DNA of 64,000 bases, from NCBI GenBank assembly GCA_964478715.1, contig CAYZIY010000008.1, positions 17,704 through 81,703 on the forward strand, in the 5' to 3' direction. Of this stretch, positions 37,363 through 50,314 are shown piece after piece (position 1 is the stretch's first letter; each line of letters starts with the position of its first letter). Source of the stretch: an uncultured Planctomycetales bacterium. Lineage in GTDB: Bacteria > Omnitrophota > Gorgyraeia > Zapsychrales > JBDRMG01. The notes under the pieces were generated by a model. That model was not told where the DNA came from. It searched no databases and saw nothing but the letters and a program-made list of their open reading frames with translations. The translations under genes were made by a program, and so were the position numbers.

Positions 37363-37785
37363 ATGCGAAAACGGTCCAAAGCGCGGGAATGGGCGCTGAA
37401 AGTTCTTTATCAGTATGATTTGATTTCACAGTCCGTGGAAATAATTGCGGCCAGTATGTCTGATCGCGACGATGCCCTCGATGCTGAGACCATCGATTTT
37501 GCCCGTCAGCTTGCTAATGGTGTTGAAAAACAATGCGATTCCATCGATCAAATCATCCGTAAATACGCCACGAATTGGGAACTGAAGCGAATGCCCGTCA
37601 TTGACCGTAATATCCTGCGTTTGGGGATTTATGAGCTGTTATATCGTGACGATATCCCGCCAAAAGTCACGATCAATGAAGCGATCGAGCTGGCCAAGAA
37701 ATACGGCGACTACGACAGCGGTAAATTCGTTAACGGTGTTCTGGATAAAGTCCACAAAACAGATTATTTGTCAAAACAAAAGTGA
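37363..37785 (+). CDS. nusB: Transcription antitermination factor NusB
   Basis: '[14 protein letters not shown]' and '[13 protein letters not shown]' are present. Confidence 0.85.
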   Translation: MRKRSKAREWALKVLYQYDLISQSVEIIAASMSDRDDALDAETIDFARQLANGVEKQCDSIDQIIRKYATNWELKRMPVIDRNILRLGIYELLYRDDIPPKVTINEAIELAKKYGDYDSGKFVNGVLDKVHKTDYLSKQK

Positions 37786-38612
37786 CCAAAACAGCCGATC
37801 TCCATGTCCATACTGTTTTTTCCGACGGGACAATGTCTCCTGAAGACATCGTTCGTGAAGCCTTAGCAAAAAAAATCAACTGCATCAGTATCACCGATCA
37901 CGATACGCTTTCCGGAATTCAGCCGACTCAGAAGGCGGCCAAAGAAACCGAACTGGAAATATTGCCGGGAATCGAAATATCCTGCGAGATGAATGAAAAG
38001 GATATCCATATTCTCGGCTATCTGATGGATGATTTGGATAATCTAAACAAGGAAATCCGCAAGATGCGGCAGGTCCGCGTGAGCCGCATCAAAGAAATGA
38101 TCACCAAGCTCAAGGAGCTGGGAATGGATGACTTGCAAGACGAAGAGATTTTTGCTCTTTCTAAGTCTGATTCCTTTGGCCGACCTCATTTAGCTCAATT
38201 GTTGGTGCGCAAAGGGCATGTCGGGTCACTGCAGGAAGCCTTTCACCGCTACCTTGCTGAAGGGCGTCCCGCCTATGTTGAGAAATTCAAGATCACACCC
38301 GCTGAGACCATTCGCTTAATCCGTCAGGCAAGGGGTGTAGCCGTTCTGGCGCATCCTATGGCTACACAAATTGATGACTTGATTCCCAAGCTTGTCAAAA
38401 GCGGTTTACGGGGATTAGAAGTTTATTATCCTAATTGTCCGCCGGCAGTGATTTCCCGTTACCGAAAGATGGCCGAAGATTATAGATTGCTGATAACCGG
38501 CGGTAGTGACGCGCACGGTGAGACCAAAGACAATACTTTTCTAGGAAAAGTCACCGTGCCATATGAATACGTCGAGAAATTGAAAGCCGCAAAGAGAAGG
38601 CTCAGGAAATGA
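37782..38612 (+). CDS. PHP-domain phosphoesterase (TrpH/YciV-like)
   Basis: '[19 protein letters not shown]...ISITDHDT' and 'GGSDAHG' are present. Confidence 0.75.
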   Translation: MTKTADLHVHTVFSDGTMSPEDIVREALAKKINCISITDHDTLSGIQPTQKAAKETELEILPGIEISCEMNEKDIHILGYLMDDLDNLNKEIRKMRQVRVSRIKEMITKLKELGMDDLQDEEIFALSKSDSFGRPHLAQLLVRKGHVGSLQEAFHRYLAEGRPAYVEKFKITPAETIRLIRQARGVAVLAHPMATQIDDLIPKLVKSGLRGLEVYYPNCPPAVISRYRKMAEDYRLLITGGSDAHGETKDNTFLGKVTVPYEYVEKLKAAKRRLRK

Positions 38613-39709
38613 GAGCAGATGATCGCACATACATGGCTTTGGCTATCGTCCAGGCGCTTAAAGCCAAAGGAAAAACTTCGCCCAATCCTTTGGTCGGAGC
38701 TTTGCTCATAAAAGAGGATCGCATTATCGCAGGCGGTTATCACCGGCGTTGTGGGGCCGATCATGCTGAGGCAGTCGTTCTGAAAAAGGCTGGCATTAAG
38801 GCCAAAGGCGGCAAATTGATCGTGACGCTTGAACCCTGCGGCCATTTCGGACGGACTCCGCCTTGTGTGGATATGATTATCCGATCAGGTGTGAAGGAGG
38901 TGGTCATCGGGATGAAAGATCCCAATCCATTGAATAATGGAAAATCCATCAGAAAACTCAAAAGAGCGGGAATAAAAGTCCGAAGCGGAGTCCTTCAGAG
39001 GGATTGCCGGAGAATCAATGAGCCTTTTATCAAATTCATGCAAAAGAAAATGCCGTATGTGGTGGCTAAATGTGCTCAAACAATCGACGGAAAAAGCGCT
39101 TTGGCCTGCGGGCGCTCGCAGTGGATCACTCAGAAAAAGACGCGTGATTTTGCTAAGAAAAAACGCTTAGAATTTGATGCGATTTGCGCTGGGATCAAGA
39201 CCGTTTGTGCGGATAATCCCCGTTTGAATGCACCGATCAGAAGCAAACGAATAAAGAAAGTTATTATCGACTCCACTTTAAAAATTCCTTTGCGGGCGCG
39301 TTTATTCCAGGGCACCAAGCCGCAGGATATTATCATCGCCGCTACTCGGCGCGTAGATAAGCAGAAACTTCAAGCGTTAAGAAAAAAAGGCGTACAAGTT
39401 ATTATTTGCCCTGGAAATGGAAAAGAAGTTCCATTAAAATATATATTTAAGGAACTGGCAAAAAGACAAATTGCGGCACTCTTATTGGAGGGCGGCCCGC
39501 GCCTGATCGGTTCGGCTCTCAAAGAAAATTGCGTCGATGCTTTTCATATTTATGTCGCCATGAAGATTGCCGGAGATCAAGAGGCCTTAAGCAGTATCCG
39601 GGGGTTACAAATCAAAAATATCGGCCAGCTGATTCATCTTAAAGAGGCGGAATGCCAAAGGATCGGGGAGGATCTTTTTATTCAAGGATATGTTCGCAGG
39701 TATTGTTGA
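38609..39709 (+). CDS. ribD: Bifunctional riboflavin-biosynthesis deaminase/reductase RibD
   Basis: The deaminase motif 'CGADHAEAVVL...TLEPCGHFGRTPPC' is followed by a reductase domain. Confidence 0.9.
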   Translation: MRADDRTYMALAIVQALKAKGKTSPNPLVGALLIKEDRIIAGGYHRRCGADHAEAVVLKKAGIKAKGGKLIVTLEPCGHFGRTPPCVDMIIRSGVKEVVIGMKDPNPLNNGKSIRKLKRAGIKVRSGVLQRDCRRINEPFIKFMQKKMPYVVAKCAQTIDGKSALACGRSQWITQKKTRDFAKKKRLEFDAICAGIKTVCADNPRLNAPIRSKRIKKVIIDSTLKIPLRARLFQGTKPQDIIIAATRRVDKQKLQALRKKGVQVIICPGNGKEVPLKYIFKELAKRQIAALLLEGGPRLIGSALKENCVDAFHIYVAMKIAGDQEALSSIRGLQIKNIGQLIHLKEAECQRIGEDLFIQGYVRRYC

Positions 39710-40280
39710 AGAAACCGGAATCATTACCAAAATTGTCCGAAAAAAAAATCTTTTGACCCTAACGATTCGGGTTCAAAAGGTTTGTGGCGGGACAAAAATA
39801 GGGCACAGTATTGCCGTTGACGGGGTTTGCCTGACAGTTGTCAAGAAAAAAGAGCGTTTGCTGAGCTTTGATGTGATGCTGGAAACGATTCGCAAGACAA
39901 CCTTTCAATTCTATCGGGTGGGAACGCTGGTTAATCTGGAGCGTTCTCTGAAAGCCAACAGCCGGATTGACGGTCATTTTGTTCAGGGGCATGTGGAAGG
40001 TTTAGGGACAATTACGCGGCGGATTACCTTGCCGAATTATGAAAAGTTTTGGATTCGCGTTTCTCGCAAGCTTATGCGTTATATTGTTTCCAAGGGCTCC
40101 GCCTGCGTGGATGGTATCAGCCTGACGGTCGGTGAAGTTAAGGGCAATGAATTCTCGATTTATATCATTCCGCATACTTTGAAAGTGACAAATCTTTCGG
40201 ATAAAAAGACTAAGTCAAAGCTCAATATCGAGACAGATATATTAGCTCGTTATATTTTAGATAAAGGAGTTCGCCGGTGA
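39690..40280 (+). CDS. ribE: Riboflavin synthase (alpha subunit)
   Basis: 'MFAGIVEETG' plus a duplicated lumazine-binding half 'GHFVQGHVEGLG'. Confidence 0.9.
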   Translation: MFAGIVEETGIITKIVRKKNLLTLTIRVQKVCGGTKIGHSIAVDGVCLTVVKKKERLLSFDVMLETIRKTTFQFYRVGTLVNLERSLKANSRIDGHFVQGHVEGLGTITRRITLPNYEKFWIRVSRKLMRYIVSKGSACVDGISLTVGEVKGNEFSIYIIPHTLKVTNLSDKKTKSKLNIETDILARYILDKGVRR

Positions 40281-41521
40281 AAAAACGAGTTGTGATAACC
40301 GGTCTTGGTATTTTAGCCGCAAACGGTAAGGGGCGACGTGAATTTTCCGAGGCTCTTCAAAAAGGAACGATCGGCTATGGACCGGTGACGCTTTTCGATG
40401 CGAGTCGGTTCAATGTCCGGCAGGCAGGTGAAGTCAGCGATTTTGATCCGAAAATTTATATGGGTAAAAAAGGTCTGCGGAATCTGGACCGCAGCACCAA
40501 ACTGCTGGTATCAGCAGCCAAATTATGCATTGACGACAGCCATCTTGTGATTGACGACAGCAATACCGATAATATTGGCGTTTCGGTGGGGACCACATTA
40601 GGAAGCGTCAAGAGTATTAGCGATTTTGACGCTGTCACTCTCAAAGAAGGACCGCGCTACACGAATCCGGCTCTTTTCCCCAATACTGTTATCAATTCTC
40701 CGGCTAGTCAGGTTTCGATTTGGCATTACATCAAGGGTTTTAATACTACCATTTCGACGGGATTCACCGCTAGTACTGATGCGATGAGTTATGCTTATGA
40801 TTTTCTGCAATACGGGCGAGCTCAAATTGTTTTAGCCGGCGGGGTAGAGGAAATGTGCGAACAAACCTTTTTTGGATTTCATGCGTTGAAATTGTTATCG
40901 GGGTGTCAGGAGGGGGATGAATTTATCAATTGCCCCTTTGACCGACGACGTAACGGAGTGACCTTAGGCGAAGGTGCCTGCTTGATGGCGCTGGAAGACT
41001 ATGACTCCGCCCAAAAAAGAGGTGTTGATATCTTGGCTGAAGTTCTGGGCTTTGGATACAGCTTTGATCCTTTCCGGATTCATAAATTTAATCCAAAAGC
41101 TATCGGATTAAAACAGTCCATTCGCAATGCCCTTAAAGATGCTCAGGTGAATGTTGAAGATATCGACTGTATATTTGCCAATGCCAATAGTTCTCCGTTA
41201 GCTGATCGGATTGAATCACTCGCCATCCGGGAAGTCTTTGGAAAAGAGGTCGATCGGATTCCAGTGACGGCCATCAAATCTATGACAGGGGAGGGCTACA
41301 GTGTTTCCGGAGCTCTGGAAGCTGGCGCGGCGATTTGTGCTTTGCGCGAGCAGTTTATTCCACCGACCGTGCATTATCGGGAACCTGATCCGCAGTGCCA
41401 GTTGAAAGAGATCGTGACTGAAACAAGAAAAACGAGTTTACGCCGGGTTTTGCTAATTACGGCTGGACCGAATGGGACAAATTCATGTATTGTTCTGGGG
41501 AGGTTTTTTCAAGATGTTTAA
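40277..41521 (+). CDS. Beta-ketoacyl-ACP synthase (KAS I/II) homolog lacking all three catalytic residues
   Basis: The thiolase fold is conserved, but the active-site Cys is Phe ('ISTGFTAS' where FabF has 'ATACTSG'), the first His is Asn ('FANANSSPLAD' where FabF has 'NAHGTSTPAGD') and the second His is Glu ('KSMTGEG' where FabF has 'KSMTGHL'). Confidence 0.75.
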   Translation: MKKRVVITGLGILAANGKGRREFSEALQKGTIGYGPVTLFDASRFNVRQAGEVSDFDPKIYMGKKGLRNLDRSTKLLVSAAKLCIDDSHLVIDDSNTDNIGVSVGTTLGSVKSISDFDAVTLKEGPRYTNPALFPNTVINSPASQVSIWHYIKGFNTTISTGFTASTDAMSYAYDFLQYGRAQIVLAGGVEEMCEQTFFGFHALKLLSGCQEGDEFINCPFDRRRNGVTLGEGACLMALEDYDSAQKRGVDILAEVLGFGYSFDPFRIHKFNPKAIGLKQSIRNALKDAQVNVEDIDCIFANANSSPLADRIESLAIREVFGKEVDRIPVTAIKSMTGEGYSVSGALEAGAAICALREQFIPPTVHYREPDPQCQLKEIVTETRKTSLRRVLLITAGPNGTNSCIVLGRFFQDV

Positions 41522-42257
41522 AGGCAAGACCGCTATTGTTACCGGGGGATCGCGTGGCATCGGTGAGGCTATTGTCAAAATGTTGGTTGAAGAGGGCTGT
41601 CAGGTCGCTTTGACCTATCATTCCAGCAAAGAAAAGGCCCGTAAACTTTGTGATAACATTAAGAATTCTTCCATCAAAGTGCAGGCTTATCAAGTTGACA
41701 TGAAAGATTTTGAATCTGTGGGCAAGTTTTTCGAAGAGTTTAAAAAGGATTTTTCTTCGCTGGATATTCTCATTAATAATGCCGGGATCATCGAAGATAA
41801 AGCGCTGATGATGATGAGCCATCAGGACTGGCACAATGTCATTGCAACAAATCTCAACGGTGTCTTTTACATGACCCGTCAGTGTATTGTAACCTTTTTA
41901 AAGCAGAAAAAAGGTCAGATTGTCAATATTTCATCGGTGAGTGGTTTGGTGGGAACGGCCCGGCAGACGAATTATTCCGCATCCAAAGGGGGGATTAATG
42001 CTTTCACCAAGGCCCTTGCCAAAGAAGTCGCCGCTTACGGGATTCGGATCAATGCCGTAGCACCTGGGTTTATAGAAACCGATATGCTTAAAGATTTAAG
42101 CGATCAGCAGAAGAGAAATTATTGTTCATCGATTCCCCTGGGGCACTTCGGTCGGCCGAAGAATGTGGCCGATGCCGTAAGATTTTTGTTAAGTGATCAG
42201 GCCCGTTACGTAACCGGTCAGATTCTTATTGTCGATGGAGGACTGGCGATTCGCTGA
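41514..42257 (+). CDS. 3-oxoacyl-ACP reductase-like SDR (FabG family)
   Basis: 'KTAIVTGGSRGIGEA', 'NNAG' and the catalytic YxxxK in 'NYSASKGG' are present. The start overlaps the KAS-like stop (ATG 41514, TAA 41519-41521). Confidence 0.8.
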   Translation: MFKGKTAIVTGGSRGIGEAIVKMLVEEGCQVALTYHSSKEKARKLCDNIKNSSIKVQAYQVDMKDFESVGKFFEEFKKDFSSLDILINNAGIIEDKALMMMSHQDWHNVIATNLNGVFYMTRQCIVTFLKQKKGQIVNISSVSGLVGTARQTNYSASKGGINAFTKALAKEVAAYGIRINAVAPGFIETDMLKDLSDQQKRNYCSSIPLGHFGRPKNVADAVRFLLSDQARYVTGQILIVDGGLAIR

Positions 42258-42277
42258 ATCGAAGAAGGGAGAGACCT

Positions 42278-42718
42278 ATGCAGCTGGAGATTCATCAAAT
42301 CAAAGAAATTATTCCACACCGCTATCCATTTCTGATGATCGATCGGGTGGTTGATCTCATACCCAATGAAAAACTGGTGGCTGTCAAGAATGTTTCCGTT
42401 AATGAACAATATTTTCAGGGGCATTTTCCCGAAGAAAAGGTGATGCCTGGTGTTTTAATGACCGAGGCTATGGCCCAGGCTGGATGTATCTTTTTCTATT
42501 ACTCAAAAGGAGAGCAGGGCAAAAAATATATTTATTATTTGGGAAAAGTAACTGTCAAATTTTTGGCTCCTGTTGTTCCCGGAGATCAGTTGAGGCTTGA
42601 AGTGACACCCCGGAAGCTCTTGCCCAAAACGGGTATCATCGCCACGCAGGCTTTGGTGGGAGATAAGAAAGTCGCCGAAGCCGAGATTGTTTTTAGCGTT
42701 AAGAAAGTTGAAGAATAG
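42278..42718 (+). CDS. fabZ: 3-hydroxyacyl-ACP dehydratase (FabZ-type hotdog fold)
   Basis: 'IPHRYPFLMIDRVVDL...YFQGHFPEEKVMPGVLMTEAMAQ' is present. Confidence 0.85.
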   Translation: MQLEIHQIKEIIPHRYPFLMIDRVVDLIPNEKLVAVKNVSVNEQYFQGHFPEEKVMPGVLMTEAMAQAGCIFFYYSKGEQGKKYIYYLGKVTVKFLAPVVPGDQLRLEVTPRKLLPKTGIIATQALVGDKKVAEAEIVFSVKKVEE

Positions 42719-43124
42719 ATTCTTTAGAAGGCGCCTGCCGCAATCAAGATCTGACAGGCCATGGAATTGACTTCAAGGATTTAAAATGCTAAACTACTCA
42801 ATCCGTTATTGTTAACTTCAGTAATATTGGTATTGTTGCTTTGGCCGGCGAACGGATCCTCGCACCTATTATTTTCATCGGGAATGCGGGGAATCAAAGC
42901 GGATGAGCAGACAGGTGAGTGAAAAAACGGGGCGTAGCGCATTTATCCCGAGCCACACCGAAGGTGTGGCGAGGGAGCTTGGCCCTATTCTTTGAAACTT
43001 TATTCCCTGGCGACTAGAACTGATAAAATGTCGCTCGGGACAAATTCCGCCGGCAAACTTATGTTCACTCGCTTCCTGCCTGCCGGCAGGCAGGCGCTCG
43101 TTCCATAAGTTTGGGCGTCATTTG

Positions 43125-43199
43125 CGGGGCGTAGCGCAGCTTGGCTAGCGCGCAACGTTCGGGACGTTGAGGTCAAGGGTTCGAATCCCTTCGCCCCGA
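43125..43199 (+). tRNA. tRNA-Pro (anticodon CGG)
   Basis: Hand-folded cloverleaf. Acceptor stem cggggcg/cgccccg; D-arm gcgc...gcgc; anticodon stem caacg/cgttg with loop ttCGGga; T-arm aaggg-ttcgaat-ccctt; discriminator A. Confidence 0.85.
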
Positions 43200-43213
43200 T
43201 TTAAATTTTTACT

Positions 43214-43484
43214 TATGCAAATGCATGTCCTTTATTCCGGAAGAGTGCAGGGGGTTGGTTTTCGCTTTACGGTTCAGCGGTTAGCGAACCAGCAGGGCTG
43301 TACCGGATGGGTAAAAAATCTGCCCAATGGACAAGTCGAGGCGCTCATTGAAGGCCGCCAGGACGATGTCCGCCAATGCCTGGATCGCATTACCCAACAT
43401 TTTTCCGGAAATATTACAGATCATCAAGCCACAGAAGCAAAACAAGAAAATTCCCATTCGGAATTTGAAATAAGATTTGCCTAA
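43214..43484 (+). CDS. acyP: Acylphosphatase
   Basis: 'VLYSGRVQGVGFRFTVQRLANQQGCTGWVKNLPNGQVEALIEG' is present. The track ORF start at 43167 overlaps the tRNA, so the start is moved to ATG 43214. Confidence 0.8.
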
Positions 43485-43486
43485 TT

Positions 43487-46756
<3,270 letters not shown>

Positions 46757-46760
46757 TTCA

Positions 46761-47648
46761 ATGAAAGAACTGATCGAAGATTTTCTCAATTATCTTTCCG
46801 TTGAGCGGGGCTTGTCCCCCAACACGGTCATGGCTTATGGACGGGATTTAAGAAAATATGCCGGCTATCTGGATCGAGGAGGAATCAGCTCCATCGATGA
46901 TATTGAAAGAGGTCGGATTACAGATTGGATGCACAAGCAAAAAGATGCGGGCCTAACGGCAACGTCGATCAGCCGGTCTCTCTCGGCGATCAAAATGTTT
47001 CATCGGTTTTTGGTCCGCGAACGGCTGGCCAAAAAAGATCCCACTAACTTGCTGGAAACGCCAAAACTCTGGAAGCGGATTCCCGAAGTTCTCACATTAA
47101 GCGAGGTGGAGTCGATGATCAAATCGGCCGGGGGGCGGCGGGCACAGGATATCCGTAATCAGGCCATGATGGAACTTCTTTATGCCAGCGGTATGCGGGT
47201 TTCCGAAATGGTGGATTTAAAAATTGACGGTGTCAACACCGAAGTCGGCTACATCCGCTGCACAGGCAAGGGACGCAAAGAAAGGATTATTCCTATCGGC
47301 AAGCGGGCCAAAGCCGCCTTAATCCGCTATTTCGATCAAGCGCGTCCCAAGCTGGTCAAGAAACAGATGAGTCAGGCGCTTTTTGTCAGTCGTTTAGGGA
47401 AAAAGATCAGCCGTCAGAGTGTCTGGAAAATTATTAAATTCTATGCCCGCAAGGCAAAAATCAAGAAGGTCATTAAGCCCCATACCATCCGTCACTCGTT
47501 TGCTACGCACCTTTTGGAGCGGGGGGCGGATTTACGCAGCGTTCAGGAGATGCTGGGGCATACTGATATTTCCACGACCCAGATTTATACGCATGTCGAT
47601 CGGGAACGGTTAAGATCGATCCATAAGCAGTTTCATCCGCGGGGATAA
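46761..47648 (+). CDS. Tyrosine site-specific recombinase, XerC/XerD family
   Basis: 'EDFLNYLSVERGLSPNTVMAYGRDL' and the catalytic 'HTIRHSFATHLLERGADLRSVQEMLGHTDISTTQIYTHV' are present. Start at ATG 46761, just after the lipoprotein stop. Confidence 0.8.
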   Translation: MKELIEDFLNYLSVERGLSPNTVMAYGRDLRKYAGYLDRGGISSIDDIERGRITDWMHKQKDAGLTATSISRSLSAIKMFHRFLVRERLAKKDPTNLLETPKLWKRIPEVLTLSEVESMIKSAGGRRAQDIRNQAMMELLYASGMRVSEMVDLKIDGVNTEVGYIRCTGKGRKERIIPIGKRAKAALIRYFDQARPKLVKKQMSQALFVSRLGKKISRQSVWKIIKFYARKAKIKKVIKPHTIRHSFATHLLERGADLRSVQEMLGHTDISTTQIYTHVDRERLRSIHKQFHPRG

Positions 47649-47649
47649 A

Positions 47650-48939
47650 ATGATGAACGCTGAAAAATATTTCAAACGTTTAGATCCAAAGATTCTCAAA
47701 GCATTGCAACGAATCGCAAAGGTCATTGAGTCACAGGATTGTCAGGCGTATGTGGTGGGGGGATTTGTTCGTGACCTGTTTCTAAAACGGCCTAACGGTG
47801 ATGTGGATATTGTCATCGAAGCCGATGCCACGCAATTGGCCGCTAAACTTGCCGCGATGTTAAAAGCCAGGCATCAGGTTTATCGGGAATTTCTTACCGC
47901 TACAGTGCATCACTCAACATTGGGACGAATTGATCTGGCTTCGGCGAGAAAGGAAAAGTATCCGCAACCCGGTGTGTTGCCGGTTGTCTCTCTGGGGACG
48001 ATTGACGACGATTTGGCTCGCAGAGATTTTTCTTTCAATGCGATGGCCATCAGCATTACGCCGTCATCCTTTGGGCTGTTAAAAGACAATCACGGGGGGG
48101 TGCGGGATTTAAAAGACGGAAGGATTCGCATTCTGCATAATCGAAGCTTTATAGACGATCCCACCCGGATTCTAAGAGCGGTGCGTTTTGAACAGCGTTT
48201 CGGATTTCGATTGGAGAGAAAAACCTGTGATCTTTTAAAAAAAGCTATCCATCAGCAGGTTTATAAAACGGTAAAGCCCCAGCGGTATTTTGAGGAGTTC
48301 AAAAAGATCCTTAAAGAAAAAGACTGTTGTCGGTGTCTGAAGCGACTGGATCAACTGCGGGCGTTGACGTTTCTCGATAAAGATTTGAAATGGAAAAAAG
48401 CCCATAGCACGCTTTGCCAATCGACTGATCGCAACAAACAATTATTCGAACGATATTGTCAGAAACAGGAGATCTCTAATCGGCCACTGAAACGCTGGTT
48501 AATGATGTTAATGGTATTGATGTATCATTTTCCTTTGAAAAAGATTAGACTGTTGGCTTACAAGTTTGCCTTAAGTCGGGCAGATACAAAGACTCTTTCT
48601 CAAATCAAAAAATTTGATAGACTCAAATCTATTTTATCCCGGTCAGATTGTTCGGCGTTTGAGGTCTATCAAAGTCTCCATGATCTGGATGTTGAAGTCA
48701 TTCTTTTTTTTAAGAGCCTGGCTTCCCAGAAAAGAATGAGAAAAAATATCGGTTATTTTCTTAAAAACATACGCGACATTCGCCTTTCAATCAGCGGAAA
48801 TGATTTGATTCAGATGGGGTGCGCTCCTGGTCGACGCTTGGGGCTAATTCTGAGGCATGTATTGACAAAGAAAATTCAGAATCCCGCAATGTCGCATGCG
48901 CAGGAAATCAAGATGGCCAAAGATTTTATCAAGGAATGA
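47650..48939 (+). CDS. tRNA nucleotidyltransferase (CCA-adding) / poly(A) polymerase family
   Basis: Head domain 'YVVGGFVRDLFLKRPNGDVDIVIE' and 'RDFSFNAMAI' are present. Confidence 0.8.
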   Translation: MMNAEKYFKRLDPKILKALQRIAKVIESQDCQAYVVGGFVRDLFLKRPNGDVDIVIEADATQLAAKLAAMLKARHQVYREFLTATVHHSTLGRIDLASARKEKYPQPGVLPVVSLGTIDDDLARRDFSFNAMAISITPSSFGLLKDNHGGVRDLKDGRIRILHNRSFIDDPTRILRAVRFEQRFGFRLERKTCDLLKKAIHQQVYKTVKPQRYFEEFKKILKEKDCCRCLKRLDQLRALTFLDKDLKWKKAHSTLCQSTDRNKQLFERYCQKQEISNRPLKRWLMMLMVLMYHFPLKKIRLLAYKFALSRADTKTLSQIKKFDRLKSILSRSDCSAFEVYQSLHDLDVEVILFFKSLASQKRMRKNIGYFLKNIRDIRLSISGNDLIQMGCAPGRRLGLILRHVLTKKIQNPAMSHAQEIKMAKDFIKE

Positions 48940-48977
48940 AGTTTCCATCACTAAAGTGAGTGAAGGAAGGATGCCTT

Positions 48978-49349
48978 ATGGATCGGATTAATAAAGTAAG
49001 CAGGCAGATGAAAAAAGAGATTTCCGCCATTATTCAGATGGAAATCAAGGATCCGCGGACTCAGTTTGTGACCGTCACCAAGGTTCAGATCAGTCGCGAT
49101 CTTCAACATGCCAGAATTTTTTACAGTGTGCTGGGAGATGAAACAAAATTTCGGAGAGCGCAAGAGGGGCTGGAGAGCGCTCAGGGCTTCATCCGTCGAC
49201 TGGTGGGGCAGCGCATTAAATTACGCTATACGCCAGAAATTGTTTTTGTTTTTGATGAATCGATTGCCTACAGCGCTCATCTCGATCAGACGATAGAGCA
49301 GATCAAGAAAGATACCGCTTGGCAGAAAAAACAAAAGGAAAATCAATGA
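48978..49349 (+). CDS. rbfA: Ribosome-binding factor A
   Basis: 'RINKVSRQMKKEISAIIQMEIKDPR...VTVTKVQISRDLQHARIFYSV' is present. RBS 'gaaggaagg'. Confidence 0.85.
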   Translation: MDRINKVSRQMKKEISAIIQMEIKDPRTQFVTVTKVQISRDLQHARIFYSVLGDETKFRRAQEGLESAQGFIRRLVGQRIKLRYTPEIVFVFDESIAYSAHLDQTIEQIKKDTAWQKKQKENQ

Positions 49350-50314
49350 CCATGATTAATGTGAAACAACTTAAGCACTGGATACAAAAAAGCAGAGATT
49401 TTTTGATTACCACTCACGTCAATGCGGATACCGATGCCCTAGCGTCGGAGTTAATTCTTTCATATTACTTGAAATCCCGAAAGAAAAACGTCCGCATTAT
49501 TAATGCTGAAGCTCCCTCTCGTCAATTCAGCTTTTTAAGGGGAATTAGCTTGGTTCAGGGATTTAAGAATCAGCGTTCTCGTCAAGAGGTGGTGATGATT
49601 GTCGATTGTGGTTCGCTGGATCGCATTGGGCGGGTCAGCAAACTCATTCATCCTCAGGCAAAAATCGTCAATATCGATCACCACATCACCAATGATAATT
49701 TCGGTCATCTCAATTGCGTTAACCCCCATGCTTCCTCGACGGCCGAAGTTCTCTACGATCTTCTAAAATCATTTTCTTTTCCGATCGATAAAAGAATCGC
49801 GCAGTATTTGTATCTGGGGATCATGACGGATACAGGATCTTTTAGATACGATATCACCACGGCCAGAACGCATCGAATTGTCGCTGAATTGCTTTCTTAC
49901 AATATTCCCATCTCTTTGATGTATAGGCTTTGTTACGAAAATATGCCTGCCAGAGACATTCGTCCGCTTACAGAGGTTTTTAAGCAGATCCGTATTTCCC
50001 ATCACCGGAAAGTGGCCACGGTTTTGCTTCGGAAAAAGGTATGGAAAAAATTTTCAGAAGGCTTTGATTTTCGAGATAAGATATTCACATTTTTAAGAGG
50101 GATTGACGGGATCAAGGTTGCTCTTATTTTGTCGGAAATAAATTCCCGTAAAACACGGGTGAATTTAAGAAGCCAAGGGGATATTAATGTAGCCCGCCTT
50201 GCTTCGCTTTATGGAGGCGGAGGGCACCAGAATGCCAGCGGTTGCCACATGAACAACTCCCTGCAGACATCTGCGCGCAAACTCCATCAACAAATGAAAA
50301 GGAAGTGGAAATGA
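49346..50314 (+). CDS. DHH/DHHA1 phosphoesterase, NrnA-like (second paralog)
   Basis: 'HVNADTDALAS', 'DHHITN' and 'GGGHQNASG' are present. The start overlaps the rbfA stop as ATGA. Confidence 0.8.
   Translation: MTMINVKQLKHWIQKSRDFLITTHVNADTDALASELILSYYLKSRKKNVRIINAEAPSRQFSFLRGISLVQGFKNQRSRQEVVMIVDCGSLDRIGRVSKLIHPQAKIVNIDHHITNDNFGHLNCVNPHASSTAEVLYDLLKSFSFPIDKRIAQYLYLGIMTDTGSFRYDITTARTHRIVAELLSYNIPISLMYRLCYENMPARDIRPLTEVFKQIRISHHRKVATVLLRKKVWKKFSEGFDFRDKIFTFLRGIDGIKVALILSEINSRKTRVNLRSQGDINVARLASLYGGGGHQNASGCHMNNSLQTSARKLHQQMKRKWK

Noticed and set aside
43167-43213. The track start of the acylphosphatase ORF overlapping tRNA-Pro
   Set aside because: A coding start inside a tRNA is implausible. 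ATG 43214 just downstream gives a normal-length AcyP (about 90 aa) beginning 'MQMHVLYSG'.
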